DNA from: Candidatus Nanoarchaeia archaeon
GTDB lineage: Archaea; Nanobdellota; Nanobdellia; Woesearchaeales; ARS49
DNA: 64,000 bases
Direction: 5' to 3'
NCBI GenBank assembly: GCA_041489925.1
Contig: JBGPSD010000002.1
Span: 55,449 to 119,448, forward strand
Shown here: in pieces, positions 47,785 to 57,737 of the stretch
Position numbering within the stretch: position 1 is the stretch's first letter
Layout of the letters: each line of letters opens with the position of its first letter
Made by a program: the position numbers and the translations under genes
The notes under the pieces: generated by a model
What the model was told of the DNA's origin: nothing
What the model saw: the letters and a program-made list of their open reading frames with translations, nothing else
Databases searched by the model: none

Positions 47785-47895
47785 ACTGCACCTCTTTTTG
47801 ACTGTAAGGCAAAAAGAGACCAGCCAACCTCAGTTGGTGCTGCCTCTCTTTTGTATGAAGACGGTGATAACTTAATTCGTTTATAAACTTTTCCC
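47785..47895 (-). promoter_or_regulatory. BRE/TATA promoter and structured ~70-nt leader
   Basis: Minus strand GGAAAAGTTTATAAA near 47880-47894, followed by two overlapping inverted repeats. Confidence 0.55.
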
Positions 47896-47949
47896 TATGT
47901 TCTGCGGTGTCTGTCAGCACTGCACAATTTTATAAATCACACTGCGGTT

Positions 47950-48336
47950 ATGCCTGTTATGGCAGACGAGAGTGAAGCAAAACAGCTTTATTTCCAATCC
48001 CCTGCAGGCACAACAGGAATTAACTGCGGTATTTCATACTGGGTCTTGAAGACAGCTGCAGGGCTGAGAGTCAGCGAAATACGCGCACCAGGCACAGTCG
48101 GGCTGCTTTATGCGTGCCATCCTCACGAATACAGCCCCACCAAGGAAAGGCTGTCGTTCAAGGCATTTACAGGCAGCGAAATAATAACTTATCTTCCCAC
48201 ATTCCCTTCACACTGGCGTGAAGAAAGGCCCACTCTTGTTAGCGAGCTTTATTTTGACACAAACCGGAAAGTATTCCTTTACAATAAACATAATCTTGCC
48301 GACACTCTTGATTTCATCGTCATTGAGGGTGAGTAG
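47950..48336 (+). CDS. Hypothetical protein
   Basis: 128 aa ORF after TTTATAAA near 47929. Confidence 0.6.
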   Translation: MPVMADESEAKQLYFQSPAGTTGINCGISYWVLKTAAGLRVSEIRAPGTVGLLYACHPHEYSPTKERLSFKAFTGSEIITYLPTFPSHWREERPTLVSELYFDTNRKVFLYNKHNLADTLDFIVIEGE

Positions 48337-48388
48337 TCCCTGGCGCTACAACATAGCGTTATATCTGTTTCTTGCTTGATGTGTTACC

Positions 48389-48814
48389 ATGGACAAGACA
48401 AGAGTGCTTTATTTGTCAAGGGAAATGTTTCATAACCCCGCAGTATCGTACGGGCTTGGGGATAATTATGAAGTTATGTCTTTCATCGGCGAAAACATCG
48501 AAGACCTGCCAGATATGCTTGCAACCCCTCCTGAGTACAAGCGGATTGATGCGCTAATCACCTGCGTTCCCCACAATCTACTTACAAACACATATGACCG
48601 CAGCCTTGAAATACTCAGGCAGGTCAGGCAAACGCATCCGAAAATGCCGATTATAGCTTACACTGCAGCCTGCGCTGATGAAAAGGTCAGGTTTGCAACC
48701 CAGCGCAGCATTGACGCTATTGTGGAAAACAACGGCCAGTCTCAGCGCCAGTTTGACGCTGACCGCCTGAGAAAAGTCCTTGATGGCTTTTTCGGCAGGG
48801 GAAGCGCAGAATGA
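48389..48814 (+). CDS. Degenerate receiver (CheY-like) domain protein
   Basis: IDALITC, SLEILRQVRQTHPKMPIIAYTA, IDAIV; canonical acidic residues absent. Confidence 0.65.
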   Translation: MDKTRVLYLSREMFHNPAVSYGLGDNYEVMSFIGENIEDLPDMLATPPEYKRIDALITCVPHNLLTNTYDRSLEILRQVRQTHPKMPIIAYTAACADEKVRFATQRSIDAIVENNGQSQRQFDADRLRKVLDGFFGRGSAE

Positions 48815-49158
48815 GTGACGTTCCTGAACTGCAGAAAAAGGAAGGAAGCACTTACGTTTCTGCAGATGTCTGCTGGCAGACTCCTTTGCGCTGCGTTTGT
48901 ATGTTTGTTAATGCCTGCCAAAAGCTTTATGCGCAATATAACCGGAAAATGACCTTGAAGTCAGCCAAGGAGGATTGGAATTTTGATGAATCTGATTGCA
49001 CATGCTCGCTTGAGACGCTGTGTATTGCTGCTTCGCTGAAAGTCAATATTATTGTCCAGGGCGAGGACAAGATTGCTGAAGATATTGCAAGGCAGCTTTA
49101 TTCAGGGCTTGCTTCTCCCAGCTGCTTTGAGTTTGACATGCACAAGTATGACTCGTAG
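48811..49158 (+). CDS. Degenerate HPr-like protein
   Basis: TPLRCVCMFVNAC, SDCTCSLETLCIAA and VNIIVQGED align by eye to HPr; ATGA overlap. Confidence 0.5.
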   Translation: MSDVPELQKKEGSTYVSADVCWQTPLRCVCMFVNACQKLYAQYNRKMTLKSAKEDWNFDESDCTCSLETLCIAASLKVNIIVQGEDKIAEDIARQLYSGLASPSCFEFDMHKYDS

Positions 49159-49194
49159 AAACATTTTTATTCAACAGCCATTGTTTGTTTGGTT

Positions 49195-49890
49195 ATGGCA
49201 AAGGTTGTTCTCGTTACAGGCGGAAACACAGGCATAGGTGCGGCAATAGTCCAGGCATTTTCTGAAAAGGGCTATTCTGTAATAATTCACTATTATGAAC
49301 TGCAGAGCGAGGCTGAAAAAATGGTCTGCTCCTCAAAGGGAAAGTGCGTAATGGTTGAGGGTGACATAACCAAGAAAGCAACGCTTCAGGCATTGCTTGA
49401 TATGGTGAAGAAAATGGGCGGGATTGACGTGCTTGTGAACAACGCAGGCATCAATATCCAGAAGGATATTTTCACAGCAGAGGAAAAAGACTGGATTGAC
49501 ACTTTCAAAGTCAATGTTTTTGCGCCGTTTAATCTTATTCAGATGCTCGCGCCCCATTTGAAAAAGTCAAAAGGCAGTATTGTGAACATCGGCTCAATCA
49601 GAGCTCAAATTCCAAGGGAAGGAAACATTGTTTATGGTGCGTCAAAGGCTGCGCTTGTCAATCTCACAAAGGCAGCTGCAAAGTCCCTTGCTCCTGGTGT
49701 GCGGGTTAACTGCATCAGCCCTGGTCCAACGCTAACAAGGATGCAGAAGGGAAAGCCAGAGACAGAGGCTGAAACAATCATTGGCAGGCGCGGAAAGCCA
49801 GAGGAAGTCGCGCAAATGGTTGTTGCAGTCGCTGAAAACACGTTCATGACAGGCTCAAATGTGATAATAGACGGCGGGGCTTTGCTTTAA
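49195..49890 (+). CDS. Short-chain dehydrogenase/reductase
   Basis: TGGNTGIG, NNAG, YGASK, IDGG. Confidence 0.93.
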   Translation: MAKVVLVTGGNTGIGAAIVQAFSEKGYSVIIHYYELQSEAEKMVCSSKGKCVMVEGDITKKATLQALLDMVKKMGGIDVLVNNAGINIQKDIFTAEEKDWIDTFKVNVFAPFNLIQMLAPHLKKSKGSIVNIGSIRAQIPREGNIVYGASKAALVNLTKAAAKSLAPGVRVNCISPGPTLTRMQKGKPETEAETIIGRRGKPEEVAQMVVAVAENTFMTGSNVIIDGGALL

Positions 49891-50703
49891 TCACGCAAGC
49901 ATTGCGTGGAATATTGGCGCTGTTGCGAATGTTTCTATGAATGCCGCGAGTATTATGAACAATATGCCTGCTATCAGCAGGAAGAAGCAGTTCTGGGCGA
50001 CATTGTGAAGCTCATTTCCCTTTAGCTTTTCGTGGATTATCCCGCGCGAGAGCGCTGCGCCAGCAATTGCCGCAAGTATGTAGCCTGCGCTTTCAGGAAG
50101 CAGGTGCAGAAGTGATACTGCAGTGAGCTGCCATGCCCCTGCCCAGCGGTGGAAAATCTGGACGACAAAAGCTGCGAAAACAGAGGCATTGTATGCGATT
50201 ATGAACGTGGCTCCTGCGCCGTAAAACAGGGAAAGTATGAATCCTATGATAAGATAAGAGAGGTTGTGAGATGCAAGCGCAAATGCATTGGCTATTGATG
50301 GCGTGTACGGGTTTAAGCTGAAATTCTGGATTACTTCAGGTCTCAAATGGCTTTGCAAAAGCTGGTTTGTCTGGTATTCAAGCGTAGCCTGGTTGACCAT
50401 TCCAATAATTATAAATCCTGCGAGCAATCCGAGAAACGCGCCGGTATAGCACTTAAACAGCGTGTGGTGCCTTCTCCAGAAATGGCTGCTTCCTGTCCTT
50501 TCAATCTTTTCCTCCATGACAATCAAATGATGCAGGCTGGGAACAAGCAGTATTGTCAGCAAAAGCACTGTCGCAAGGCTCTGGTTTGGAAAGAATAACT
50601 GCATTGATGCATACGCGATAAAGACATATGCTGCGCTCAGGAAAAAGACAAAAGAGAAATGCCTGATGACAATCTTCCTGTCAAGAAGCTGTTCAAGCAC
50701 CAT
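49891..50703 (-). CDS. SpoIIM/DUF95-like membrane protein
   Basis: SHNL, YNAS, HLLPE and AFIE motifs; multiple TM. Confidence 0.75.
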   Translation of the reverse strand: MVLEQLLDRKIVIRHFSFVFFLSAAYVFIAYASMQLFFPNQSLATVLLLTILLVPSLHHLIVMEEKIERTGSSHFWRRHHTLFKCYTGAFLGLLAGFIIIGMVNQATLEYQTNQLLQSHLRPEVIQNFSLNPYTPSIANAFALASHNLSYLIIGFILSLFYGAGATFIIAYNASVFAAFVVQIFHRWAGAWQLTAVSLLHLLPESAGYILAAIAGAALSRGIIHEKLKGNELHNVAQNCFFLLIAGILFIILAAFIETFATAPIFHAMLA

Positions 50704-50704
50704 T

Positions 50705-53089
50705 TTATGGGTAGAACTGCGGCTTGGAATTTTTTCTCATCCTGCGGAAAGCATAAGTTCCAAGCGCTATTAACAATAAGAGCAGGACTCCAATTCCAAA
50801 CCACTTCATTCTTGTGTTAAGGTTGAATATGCCTGTTGCCTGCGGCTGTATTATTGGCAGCTCCCCTGTTTCTGCGGGAGCTGTTTCCCCTGAAGGCTGG
50901 ATGTTTACAGTTTCAGGCGCAGGGGTTGGCTGCGGCGGATGGCTGCCTGTCACAAGTGGCAATTGTGGCAATATTATCGGCTCCTGTCCTCCTGTTGGTG
51001 CTGGTGGCGGTGTGTTTTGCGTTGTTGTTCTGTGTCCTCCGCCTCCTCCACCGCCGCCCCCGCCTCCTGTTGTGACTATCGGGTTAACGACATTGACTGT
51101 TCTTGTTACATTGGCAGCTTCATTGCCTGAATTGTCAGTCATCAGGTATGTTATGTAGTATGTTCCTGCAACGCTTGAGTTAACCTCTCCTGTTGTTGTT
51201 ATTGTGCCATTCTCATTTGCACTTACTCCTGGGTCTGTGAATACGCTTCCTGTCTGGATTGTCATCGGGTTGTCGCCGATAATCGTGATTACTGGCGGCG
51301 TTGTGTCTTCAACAATCACAGTCCTTGTCGCCTGCGCTGTATTTTTTGCTGCATCGCTGACATTGTATATTACTGTGTAAGTGCCGACTGTGTTCGGGTC
51401 AATAGGATTTATTGTTACTATTGCGCTTGTCAGGTCGCCATCAATATCATCCATTGCTGTTGCGCCAGAATCATTGTATGGTGTTGTCCTTTCAATTGTT
51501 ACTGTGCTGTTTCCAAGCACTGTGATTACTGGCGGTGTAACATCAACTACGTTTACAATCCTTGTGACTGTCATTGCAGCATTTCCTGAAGAGTCAGACA
51601 CATCATATGTTACAGAGTAAGCGCCGATTGCATTTGTATTAACATTGCTTGTTGTCACAATATTTGCAGTTATGTCTCCGTCTGCATTGTCAAGGGCTGT
51701 TGCGCCTGCGTCAACATAAGACGTGTTTATTGGCACATTAACAGGGGTTGTGCCAAGCAAGGTTATTATTGGAACCTCCTTATCTGTTACATTTACTATG
51801 CGCTCTGCGTGTGCTGTGTTGCCTGAGGAGTCATTGACATCATATGTCACGGTCTGCACTCCGAGCACGCTTGTATTCACCATGTTGACGGTTATTATTG
51901 AGCCTGTGATGTCTCCGTCGTAATTATCATCTGCTGTAGCGCCTTCGTCAGTGTAAACGTCTCCATAGCTGACAGGGGCAGGGTTTGCGCCAATCACAGT
52001 TATTACTGGCGCTGTTGTGTCAACAACGTTTACTATGCGGACTGCGACTCCTATGTTTCCTGCCGAGTCATTGACACTGTATGTCACGGTGTATGTTCCT
52101 AACAAGAGCTGGTTTAATGTGCTGACTGTGACTATTGCCCCAGTTATGTCGCCATCAGTGTCATCAATCGCTGTGGCATTCTCTTCAATATACGGGGGGG
52201 TGAGCACTTCAATAGTCATGTTGCTTGAGCCGAGAGTTGTAATTACTGGCGGGGTTATGTCAAGCACAGTGAGTGTTGCGGTGTCATTAACTGAGCCGTG
52301 GGTTCCTGTGACTGTCCAGACTCCTGCCTTTTCCGCTGTGTAAACGTTTGCTGAGAAGCTTCCATTTGCAAGCGGGTCTATTGAGAATGTTGTTGATGAT
52401 GTCAAAATTCCTGTTGGATTGTTAAATTGGTCGCGCCCTGTTGCAGAATAACTGCGGCTGCTGCTTTGGTTAATTGTTGCATGGCTTGGCGAGATAACTA
52501 GTGTTGCGACTGCACCAGGCACTTCCTTGAGTGTGCCAAGCGTGTATCCGTATTCAATGCCTGTGATTTCTGAGTCTGAGTCTTCGCTCAATATTATATT
52601 CCCATATATCAGGGGGGTTCCTGCTGCCGGCATCACGCTGATGTTAACAAACAGCAGACTGTTCGGTACAGATGACTGGGTAGTCACCATAAACGTGACG
52701 TGCGTGCTGTCAATTGCCAGAACAGGAATCGCAGTGCCGTTTGCAACCCCGTTTATGTTTTGTGAGGGGTCATCAGGGTCATTGCTGTTTGTGACTATTG
52801 CCGCAACAGCCGCGCCTATGTCAATTTCAAAGCCGTTTGGAATTTCAATAATGATATTTCCAGCGCCGATCTGCCCTGGTGCTGTTTCAACGATTTCAGG
52901 ACCTGTAAGCAGGGTGTATGTTTCGTTTGCTGCGCCTGCGGAAGTGTCTGCGGAAATTGTATCGCCGCCCGAGGCAGTATTGACGTAAGCGACATAAGTG
53001 CCAATCATTGCGCTTGTAGAACAGATTGCGATTAGGAGTAGAACGAGTGCGAAAATTATCCTTGCCTGTTTCACTGCCGAAGGTATCAT
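50705..53089 (-). CDS. Surface protein with five Ig-like (DUF5011/HYR-like) repeats
   Basis: DITPPVIT, DTTAPVIT, DKEVPIIT, DVTPPVIT, DTTPPVIT; poly-Gly and Pro-rich linker; C-terminal TM. Confidence 0.88.
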   Translation of the reverse strand: MIPSAVKQARIIFALVLLLIAICSTSAMIGTYVAYVNTASGGDTISADTSAGAANETYTLLTGPEIVETAPGQIGAGNIIIEIPNGFEIDIGAAVAAIVTNSNDPDDPSQNINGVANGTAIPVLAIDSTHVTFMVTTQSSVPNSLLFVNISVMPAAGTPLIYGNIILSEDSDSEITGIEYGYTLGTLKEVPGAVATLVISPSHATINQSSSRSYSATGRDQFNNPTGILTSSTTFSIDPLANGSFSANVYTAEKAGVWTVTGTHGSVNDTATLTVLDITPPVITTLGSSNMTIEVLTPPYIEENATAIDDTDGDITGAIVTVSTLNQLLLGTYTVTYSVNDSAGNIGVAVRIVNVVDTTAPVITVIGANPAPVSYGDVYTDEGATADDNYDGDITGSIITVNMVNTSVLGVQTVTYDVNDSSGNTAHAERIVNVTDKEVPIITLLGTTPVNVPINTSYVDAGATALDNADGDITANIVTTSNVNTNAIGAYSVTYDVSDSSGNAAMTVTRIVNVVDVTPPVITVLGNSTVTIERTTPYNDSGATAMDDIDGDLTSAIVTINPIDPNTVGTYTVIYNVSDAAKNTAQATRTVIVEDTTPPVITIIGDNPMTIQTGSVFTDPGVSANENGTITTTGEVNSSVAGTYYITYLMTDNSGNEAANVTRTVNVVNPIVTTGGGGGGGGGGGHRTTTQNTPPPAPTGGQEPIILPQLPLVTGSHPPQPTPAPETVNIQPSGETAPAETGELPIIQPQATGIFNLNTRMKWFGIGVLLLLLIALGTYAFRRMRKNSKPQFYP

Positions 53090-53196
53090 ACTAAAAAAGC
53101 CAGTATACTATTTGTGTATATAAAGATATTGGAAAAATGCGGTCTCTCATAGTGGGACAGCAAGCTTTAAATAGGACGGGCGGACTTTTTTGGGTT

Positions 53197-53721
53197 ATGA
53201 CGCGGCTTCGCAAGTTCGTGGCGTATAGGGCGCTTGAAAGGCCTTACACAAGGTTCTCGAAGTACAAGAGTCTCTCTTATGTCCGTTCAAGGCCGGTTTG
53301 CAAGGTTGTCCGCTTTGATGTGGGCGAAGTTGCAAAGAAGTTCCCTTACACTCTTGACCTTGTCTCAAAGTCTGATTTGCAGATACGCGACAATGCGATT
53401 GAGAGCGCAAGGCAGACCTGCAACAGGCTCCTCGAGAAGACTCTTGGAAAAACAGGCTTCCGCTTTATGACGAGGATTTACCCGCACCATATTTTGAGGG
53501 AGAACCCGCTCGCTTCAGGCGCAGGAGCAGACCGTTTAAGCACAGGAATGGCGCACTCATTCGGAAAAACCATCGGCATTGCCGCACAGGTTCACACAGG
53601 CAAGGCATTGTTCACAATCCACACTAGCAAGGAAAACCTCGCTGTCGCGCGAAAGGCATTGAAGCGCGCGAGCTACAAGGTTCCGTGCAAATGCTCGATA
53701 ATCACTGTTGAAAACAAATGA
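53197..53721 (+). CDS. rpl10e: 50S ribosomal protein L10e (uL16)
   Basis: RPYTR, QIRDNAIESAR, YPHHILREN, GADRLSTGM...FGK. Confidence 0.95.
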   Translation: MTRLRKFVAYRALERPYTRFSKYKSLSYVRSRPVCKVVRFDVGEVAKKFPYTLDLVSKSDLQIRDNAIESARQTCNRLLEKTLGKTGFRFMTRIYPHHILRENPLASGAGADRLSTGMAHSFGKTIGIAAQVHTGKALFTIHTSKENLAVARKALKRASYKVPCKCSIITVENK

Positions 53722-53728
53722 GGTGGTC

Positions 53729-53899
53729 ATGATGGCAGACAAGCCAAATGTCCGAGACGCTGAAAATGCGGTCCGTGATTTGAAGAACTGGATTGCGGTT
53801 TTTGCGCAGGAATACAAACTTCCTGAAGAGGCAATCAAGACTTTGCACCAGAAGATAGACGAGCTGGCGGCAAAGATTGGCAATATCAAGTGCGCTTAA
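53729..53899 (+). CDS. Small hypothetical protein
   Basis: GAGGTG SD; 56 aa, helical. Confidence 0.65.
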   Translation: MMADKPNVRDAENAVRDLKNWIAVFAQEYKLPEEAIKTLHQKIDELAAKIGNIKCA

Positions 53900-53900
53900 G

Positions 53901-54065
53901 ATGGCAAAGTTCAAGTGTCATAAGTGCGGCAGGACAAGCGAGAAGACAGGAACCTGCCCTGCGTGCAATGTTGCTTTTGAGAGGGAATGCCCTGTCTGCG
54001 GCCATGGCTTTGACCAGTGCATCTGCACAGGCGGCTCAACAAAGGAGCCAAGGGCAAAGCACTGA
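53901..54065 (+). CDS. Small zinc-ribbon protein
   Basis: CHKC, CPAC, CPVC, CIC. Confidence 0.7.
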   Translation: MAKFKCHKCGRTSEKTGTCPACNVAFERECPVCGHGFDQCICTGGSTKEPRAKH

Positions 54066-54102
54066 ACCGCAGGTTTAAAAGCAGCGATTTTTTATTACAG
54101 CC

Positions 54103-55128
54103 ATGCAACTAATGACAGTGATTACTCATCCGGCAGTTATGGCTGCTTTCTGGATTATTGGAGGGATAATACTTGCTGTTGCCTCTATTATTATCATCAA
54201 CATTCTTGAGACTCTTGCCGAAAGGAAAAAGCTTGAAACAACAGCCGCTATTATTGCAGAGCTGAGAATCCTGCTTGCAGCAGCATTTCTTCTTGCAGGC
54301 ATTTATGTCGGAATTATATGGGCAGGGGTCCAGCAAAAATGGGTTTACGGTTTTTTAAAGACGCTTATTATTGCGGTTTCTGCGTATTGTGTTATCAGCA
54401 TTTCAACAACACTGATACAGAAGTGGCTTGTGCGCATTGTCCGCAAGACTCCAACTCGCTCAGATGACAATTTCCTGTCCTTGTTCCAGGGCTTTTTCAA
54501 GCTCGCCATACTCATACTTGCTTTTGCGCTCATACTTACAAACTGGGGAATTCACGTCACAGCATTAATCGCAGGACTCGGCATTGCAGGTTTGGCAGTC
54601 GGCCTTGCCTTGCAGGGCACAATGGCAAACATTCTTGGCGGGCTTGCATTGATTATTGACGACACTTTCAATGTTGGCGACACAATCCACCTTGACACAG
54701 GAGAGACAGGCGAAATCATCCACGTCGGCCTGCGCAGCACGAAAATACTCACTGATGACGCCCAGCTGATTGTAATGCCAAACAGCGCGCTTGCCAATGC
54801 AAAGATAACAAATTTCTCGCTTCCAACGCCCCATTTGCGAATCGTGATAGATGTTAATGTCGCTTACGGCAGCAATGCGAACAAGGTGAGAAAGATTTTG
54901 CTTGGCTCATTGAAAGGAGTCAAGGACGTTATGAAGCACCCAGAGCCGATTGTCCACTTCAAGGACATGGCTGAGTCCGCTCTCCAGTTTCAGCTGAAGT
55001 TTTTCATTGACGACTACCGCAACCGGCACAATTTAAGAAGCGAAGTTGTCCAGCGCGTTTACGAAAACCTGCAGCTCGCAGGCATAGACATTCCATTCCC
55101 GACAAGGACGCTGTATATGAAGAAGTAA
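54103..55128 (+). CDS. mscS: Small-conductance mechanosensitive channel
   Basis: GLGIAGLAVGLALQ, FNVGD, GLRST, MPNS, IPFP. Confidence 0.93.
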   Translation: MQLMTVITHPAVMAAFWIIGGIILAVASIIIINILETLAERKKLETTAAIIAELRILLAAAFLLAGIYVGIIWAGVQQKWVYGFLKTLIIAVSAYCVISISTTLIQKWLVRIVRKTPTRSDDNFLSLFQGFFKLAILILAFALILTNWGIHVTALIAGLGIAGLAVGLALQGTMANILGGLALIIDDTFNVGDTIHLDTGETGEIIHVGLRSTKILTDDAQLIVMPNSALANAKITNFSLPTPHLRIVIDVNVAYGSNANKVRKILLGSLKGVKDVMKHPEPIVHFKDMAESALQFQLKFFIDDYRNRHNLRSEVVQRVYENLQLAGIDIPFPTRTLYMKK

Positions 55129-56088
55129 TCAGAGTTTTTTCTTCAAATCTTCGATTATGTGCGTGTCAATCGGGTCAACACCGTATTTCTCTGCTAAATA
55201 ATAAGACGTTAAATCACCCATGTAGAGCGCTGTGAAAATCTTGACAAGCGGAAGCATTCCCTTCAGCATTATTTCTGTTATCGGTATTTTCCTGTCCTTG
55301 ACCAGCTGCTTCAGGTGGTCCATGCGCTTCCTGTTCTGTGCGTGCTCGCGCTCGTCGCGCAGCAGAATGACGTGGAATGTGTCTTTTGCGTTCTGGTACG
55401 CGGTGATTTCATTGTGGTCAAGCTCTGAAAACACATTGTAGAACGCGTGCGACTTGCTGTTCTCGTTGAACTCCTGCTTCCAGCGCAAAGCAACTGCCTC
55501 GTGCTGTGGTCCTGAGTAAATGATTGGAATCTTTCCCTGCAAATGTCCTGCGAGCTCCTTTGCTTTTGAGTCAAATTCAGGGTTCTTGAGCGCTTCAATC
55601 GTTGCCTTGATTTCAGCGACATCAAGCTTGGTGATTCCTGCATTGTGCAGTACTAAGAGCATCGGGAACAAGAGGTAGGCAACAGCGCTTCTTGGCGGCA
55701 ATCCAGATGGAATGACTATTATTGGAATATTGCTCTGCCTTGCCAAATCCCTGAGCTTTCCGCCTGCTGTAAGCACGACTATTGTCGCCCTTTTTTTCTG
55801 GCATTCCTTGAAAGCAGACAGTGTCTCCTCTGTGTTTCCTGAGTATGATATTACAAATACGAGCGTGTTCTTGCTGACAAATCCCGGAACTGAGTAGTCC
55901 TTGTTGACGATTATTGGCAGCTTGCAGTTGTGCAGGACTGCCTTGAGCAAATCTCCTGGAATCCCAGAGCCGCCCATCCCTGTGACAACAATGTTTGAGA
56001 ACTCTCCTGTAACCTTGACCTCTTTTCCAAGCTGCACTCCCTCGCGAATCTGCTGGGGCAGCGCGTGTATTATACCAAGCAAATCCAT
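55129..56088 (-). CDS. Bifunctional phosphoglucose/phosphomannose isomerase
   Basis: GMGGSG, SYSGNTEET, PPR, RWKQEFNENSK, ELDHNE. Confidence 0.92.
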   Translation of the reverse strand: MDLLGIIHALPQQIREGVQLGKEVKVTGEFSNIVVTGMGGSGIPGDLLKAVLHNCKLPIIVNKDYSVPGFVSKNTLVFVISYSGNTEETLSAFKECQKKRATIVVLTAGGKLRDLARQSNIPIIVIPSGLPPRSAVAYLLFPMLLVLHNAGITKLDVAEIKATIEALKNPEFDSKAKELAGHLQGKIPIIYSGPQHEAVALRWKQEFNENSKSHAFYNVFSELDHNEITAYQNAKDTFHVILLRDEREHAQNRKRMDHLKQLVKDRKIPITEIMLKGMLPLVKIFTALYMGDLTSYYLAEKYGVDPIDTHIIEDLKKKL

Positions 56089-56167
56089 GTTTCCTGCCAC
56101 TGCTTTTTGAGTATATTAATTTATTGTTATGGTTAGGTTTTAATACTCAAACAGCAATCTTTGGCGT

Positions 56168-57097
56168 ATGGATAAAAAGCTGGTGAAGTATATTCAGGAC
56201 AACCTCCACAAGGGGTATTCACACGCAGATGTTGCAGAGCGTTTGAGGCAGGAGGGATGGGATGATGAGGATATCCAAACCGCGCTTGCAGACGCGGCAA
56301 AGAGCCACATCGAAAGGTCCAGACTGACGCTTGCATTCGTAGGGCTTGCGGCTTTCATTGTTCTTGGACTTATTGTTTATTTTTTCGTGATTTCACCTTC
56401 ATTTGTTCAAACGCCTGAAATAGAAAAGCCAGTACTTCTCACAGAGCAGGTTACACAGCAGGCAGGCGGAATGCAGTCAGGAACTCCAGAGCTTGCCAGC
56501 CAGACAGAAGCTTTTGTTTATCCTCAGCAAGAGGTCATTACTTCTGAAACAAGCCCTGCCGCCGAACCTGCTGTTTCAGCACCATCTGTACAGATTGACC
56601 CAACGCACATCGCATATGTCCTGACGGCGCTCGGTGCGTACAAGCTTCACGCAAACCCCTTTTCAGGAGCCCTGCCTGAGCTTGAAATCATAATAACAGA
56701 CATTGGAAAGACATTTGACGCAGTTGTGCAGGACAACAAAGTGGTTGTTAAGGAGGGAAGCTCAAAAAGCCCTGATGTGACAATAAGCGTTGACCAGGAC
56801 GCGATTGTCCAGCTGCTGGCTGCAGAAACACCTGACCAGCTGAGCGCGACCGCAACAAAACTGTTCAATGAGCGCAATCAGCGCGGATACAAGGGAGAAC
56901 TGCTCGCAGCCCAGACAGACCTTTTGCTCAAGGGCTATCTCGGGCTCTACAATGATGCAAAAAAACTTGCATCACCGACAGGAAGCGTTGTTTCTGATGT
57001 TGAGCTTGTGGGCTCGCAGCTCACTGGAATGTTCCTGATGATTGTCATTTTGTGGGCAGCCCTGATTTTGCGCATGGCTCTTTCAAGGGGGAAGTGA
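56168..57097 (+). CDS. Two-TM membrane protein, possible SCP2-like domain
   Basis: N-terminal helical domain, TM, VVVKEG..SPDVTISV segment, C-terminal TM. Confidence 0.75.
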   Translation: MDKKLVKYIQDNLHKGYSHADVAERLRQEGWDDEDIQTALADAAKSHIERSRLTLAFVGLAAFIVLGLIVYFFVISPSFVQTPEIEKPVLLTEQVTQQAGGMQSGTPELASQTEAFVYPQQEVITSETSPAAEPAVSAPSVQIDPTHIAYVLTALGAYKLHANPFSGALPELEIIITDIGKTFDAVVQDNKVVVKEGSSKSPDVTISVDQDAIVQLLAAETPDQLSATATKLFNERNQRGYKGELLAAQTDLLLKGYLGLYNDAKKLASPTGSVVSDVELVGSQLTGMFLMIVILWAALILRMALSRGK

Positions 57098-57098
57098 A

Positions 57099-57566
57099 AT
57101 GATGCTTGATTCTTCAATGCATTGGCTCTCCAACTGGGGGGTTATTGTGCCAATAGCCTGCATTTTGCTCACCCGCGACAAAAAAATAATCCTGCGCGGC
57201 TTGATTGCTGTCATTCTAACATTTTTTATCACAGATGTGCTGAAGTTGGTTATTGCCCGCCCAAGGCCGAATGCAATTGGTTCCTCCTGGTTCCTAAGCA
57301 CTCCTGCTGATGCTTACAGCTTCCCAAGCAAGCACGCATCAACAGCGTTCTCGCTGGCAACATCAGTGATTTTGCACAGGAAAGTTCTTGGCTGGATTGC
57401 AGCAATATTCGCAGTGCTGATAGCAGTTTCGCGCATTTACCTCGGCGCGCATTACTGGGGCGACATAATTGCAGGCGCTGTTCTTGGCATTCTGATTTCT
57501 TTTGCAACAGACAAAGCCGCAAGGTATTTTGAGAAAGGCAAAAAGAGCAAGCAAAGGAAATCTTGA
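57099..57566 (+). CDS. PAP2-family phosphatase
   Basis: KLVIARPRP, SFPSKH, SRIYLGAHYWGD. Confidence 0.92.
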   Translation: MMLDSSMHWLSNWGVIVPIACILLTRDKKIILRGLIAVILTFFITDVLKLVIARPRPNAIGSSWFLSTPADAYSFPSKHASTAFSLATSVILHRKVLGWIAAIFAVLIAVSRIYLGAHYWGDIIAGAVLGILISFATDKAARYFEKGKKSKQRKS

Positions 57567-57652
57567 GGAATCGTTTTGTTTCTGGCGCGGTACGCGCCCG
57601 TTTTTGGATAGTTTTTTAAAGACTGAATAAGAGAATTCTACTGTAGTTATTT

Positions 57653-57736
57653 GCGCCGGTGCCGGAGTGGCCAAACGGGCAAGCTTCAGGAGCTTGTGGC
57701 TTAGTGCCTACGCAGGTTCGAATCCTGTCCGGCGCA
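57653..57736 (+). tRNA. tRNA-Leu(CAG)
   Basis: GCGCCGG/CCGGCGC-A acceptor, CAAGC-TTCAGGA-GCTTG anticodon arm, variable arm, GGTTCGAATCC; no CCA. Confidence 0.95.
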
Positions 57737-57737
57737 T

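Noticed and set aside
51036..51068. CCT/CCG microsatellite as a phase-variation tract
   Set aside because: Mixed codons encoding an ordinary poly-Gly linker.
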